A DNA stretch of 64,000 nt, from NCBI GenBank assembly GCA_965237415.1, contig CBDEFM010000002.1, positions 1,504,001-1,568,000 on the forward strand, given 5' to 3'. The stretch comes from Alphaproteobacteria bacterium (GTDB lineage: Bacteria > Pseudomonadota > Alphaproteobacteria > UBA828). Below, piece after piece: positions 63,582-64,000 of this stretch; position 1 is the first letter of the stretch, and each line of letters opens with the position of its first letter. The notes beneath the pieces were generated by a model. That model was not told where the DNA came from. It made no database searches and saw only the letters and a list, made by a program, of their open reading frames with translations. A program made the translations under genes and the position numbers.

Positions 63582-64000
63582 GGATCTGTCTTCCCCGATG
63601 CCGGTTTGCGATGATGCGGAAACGGCCATTCGCCAGCCGATCCTGTCAGCCCAAACGGACTCCCGATGGTCGCTCCGCTCGCGCGCTCCTGATGCATGCC
63701 GCTTCGTACGGCGACGACAACGACGACCCTCCGGGTCGCTGGCGCTTCGGCCGAGCGATCACTTTGGACGATCGACGCTTGCATGCATGCTAGTCATCTG
63801 AATCCAAAGTGCGCCACATAAAGACAGCTATATTGGACGACCATATTCTTCGACAATAGAGCGACTTAGTGTGACGACACTGCCAATTTATAATGATCTC
63901 AACTTCAGTGTCAGGTGACTAGGGGTCGATTAAAAATATGTAAAGCACCAAGATAGTGGTAAAATATATAAATATCGATTTTATTGCCTGACCAAGAACC

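Noticed and set aside
63800-64000. AT-rich end as origin or ncRNA
   Set aside because: Most simply the promoter region of the TRAP operon; cut by the window edge and no diagnostic motif.

Overview
High-GC bacterial DNA, most consistent with an alphaproteobacterium (Rhodospirillales-like). A host-associated lifestyle is inferred from Calx-beta/FN3 surface proteins and many gene remnants. Layout: (1) 1-11.3 kb: core-like block with a solitary Mu gp27-like gene, hemW-rdgB-rph, a Liv-type ABC operon, a VOC-cupin gene and kynureninase. (2) 11.3-38 kb: decayed accessory region with an oriT-like/RHH remnant, NYN, SulP, an IS3 remnant and a TrwC-like relaxase tail. Two frameshifted paralogous Cys-rich/Calx-beta/autotransporter-like genes bracket an ABC + hydantoinase A/B + class IV aminotransferase cassette; a MITE and an intact IS1595 are also present. 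(3) 38-51.2 kb: RidA and flotillin divergent from a 2-aminophenol 1,6-dioxygenase operon (amnC, RidA, amnB, amnA, ABC transporter). Its last gene is an apparent three-part fusion of ABC permease + second dioxygenase alpha subunit + arylformamidase-type hydrolase, the top candidate for an undescribed system. (4) 51.2-64 kb: IS66 remnant, IS256, CPA1 antiporter, SoxR-regulated DMT, an IS110 whose bridge-RNA guides can be read from the sequence, an IS1111-type remnant, 3-hydroxyacyl-CoA dehydrogenase, a cyclase-family hydrolase and a TRAP transporter. No rRNA, tRNA or CRISPR array was seen. All family calls come from motif recognition by eye; no database searches were run.
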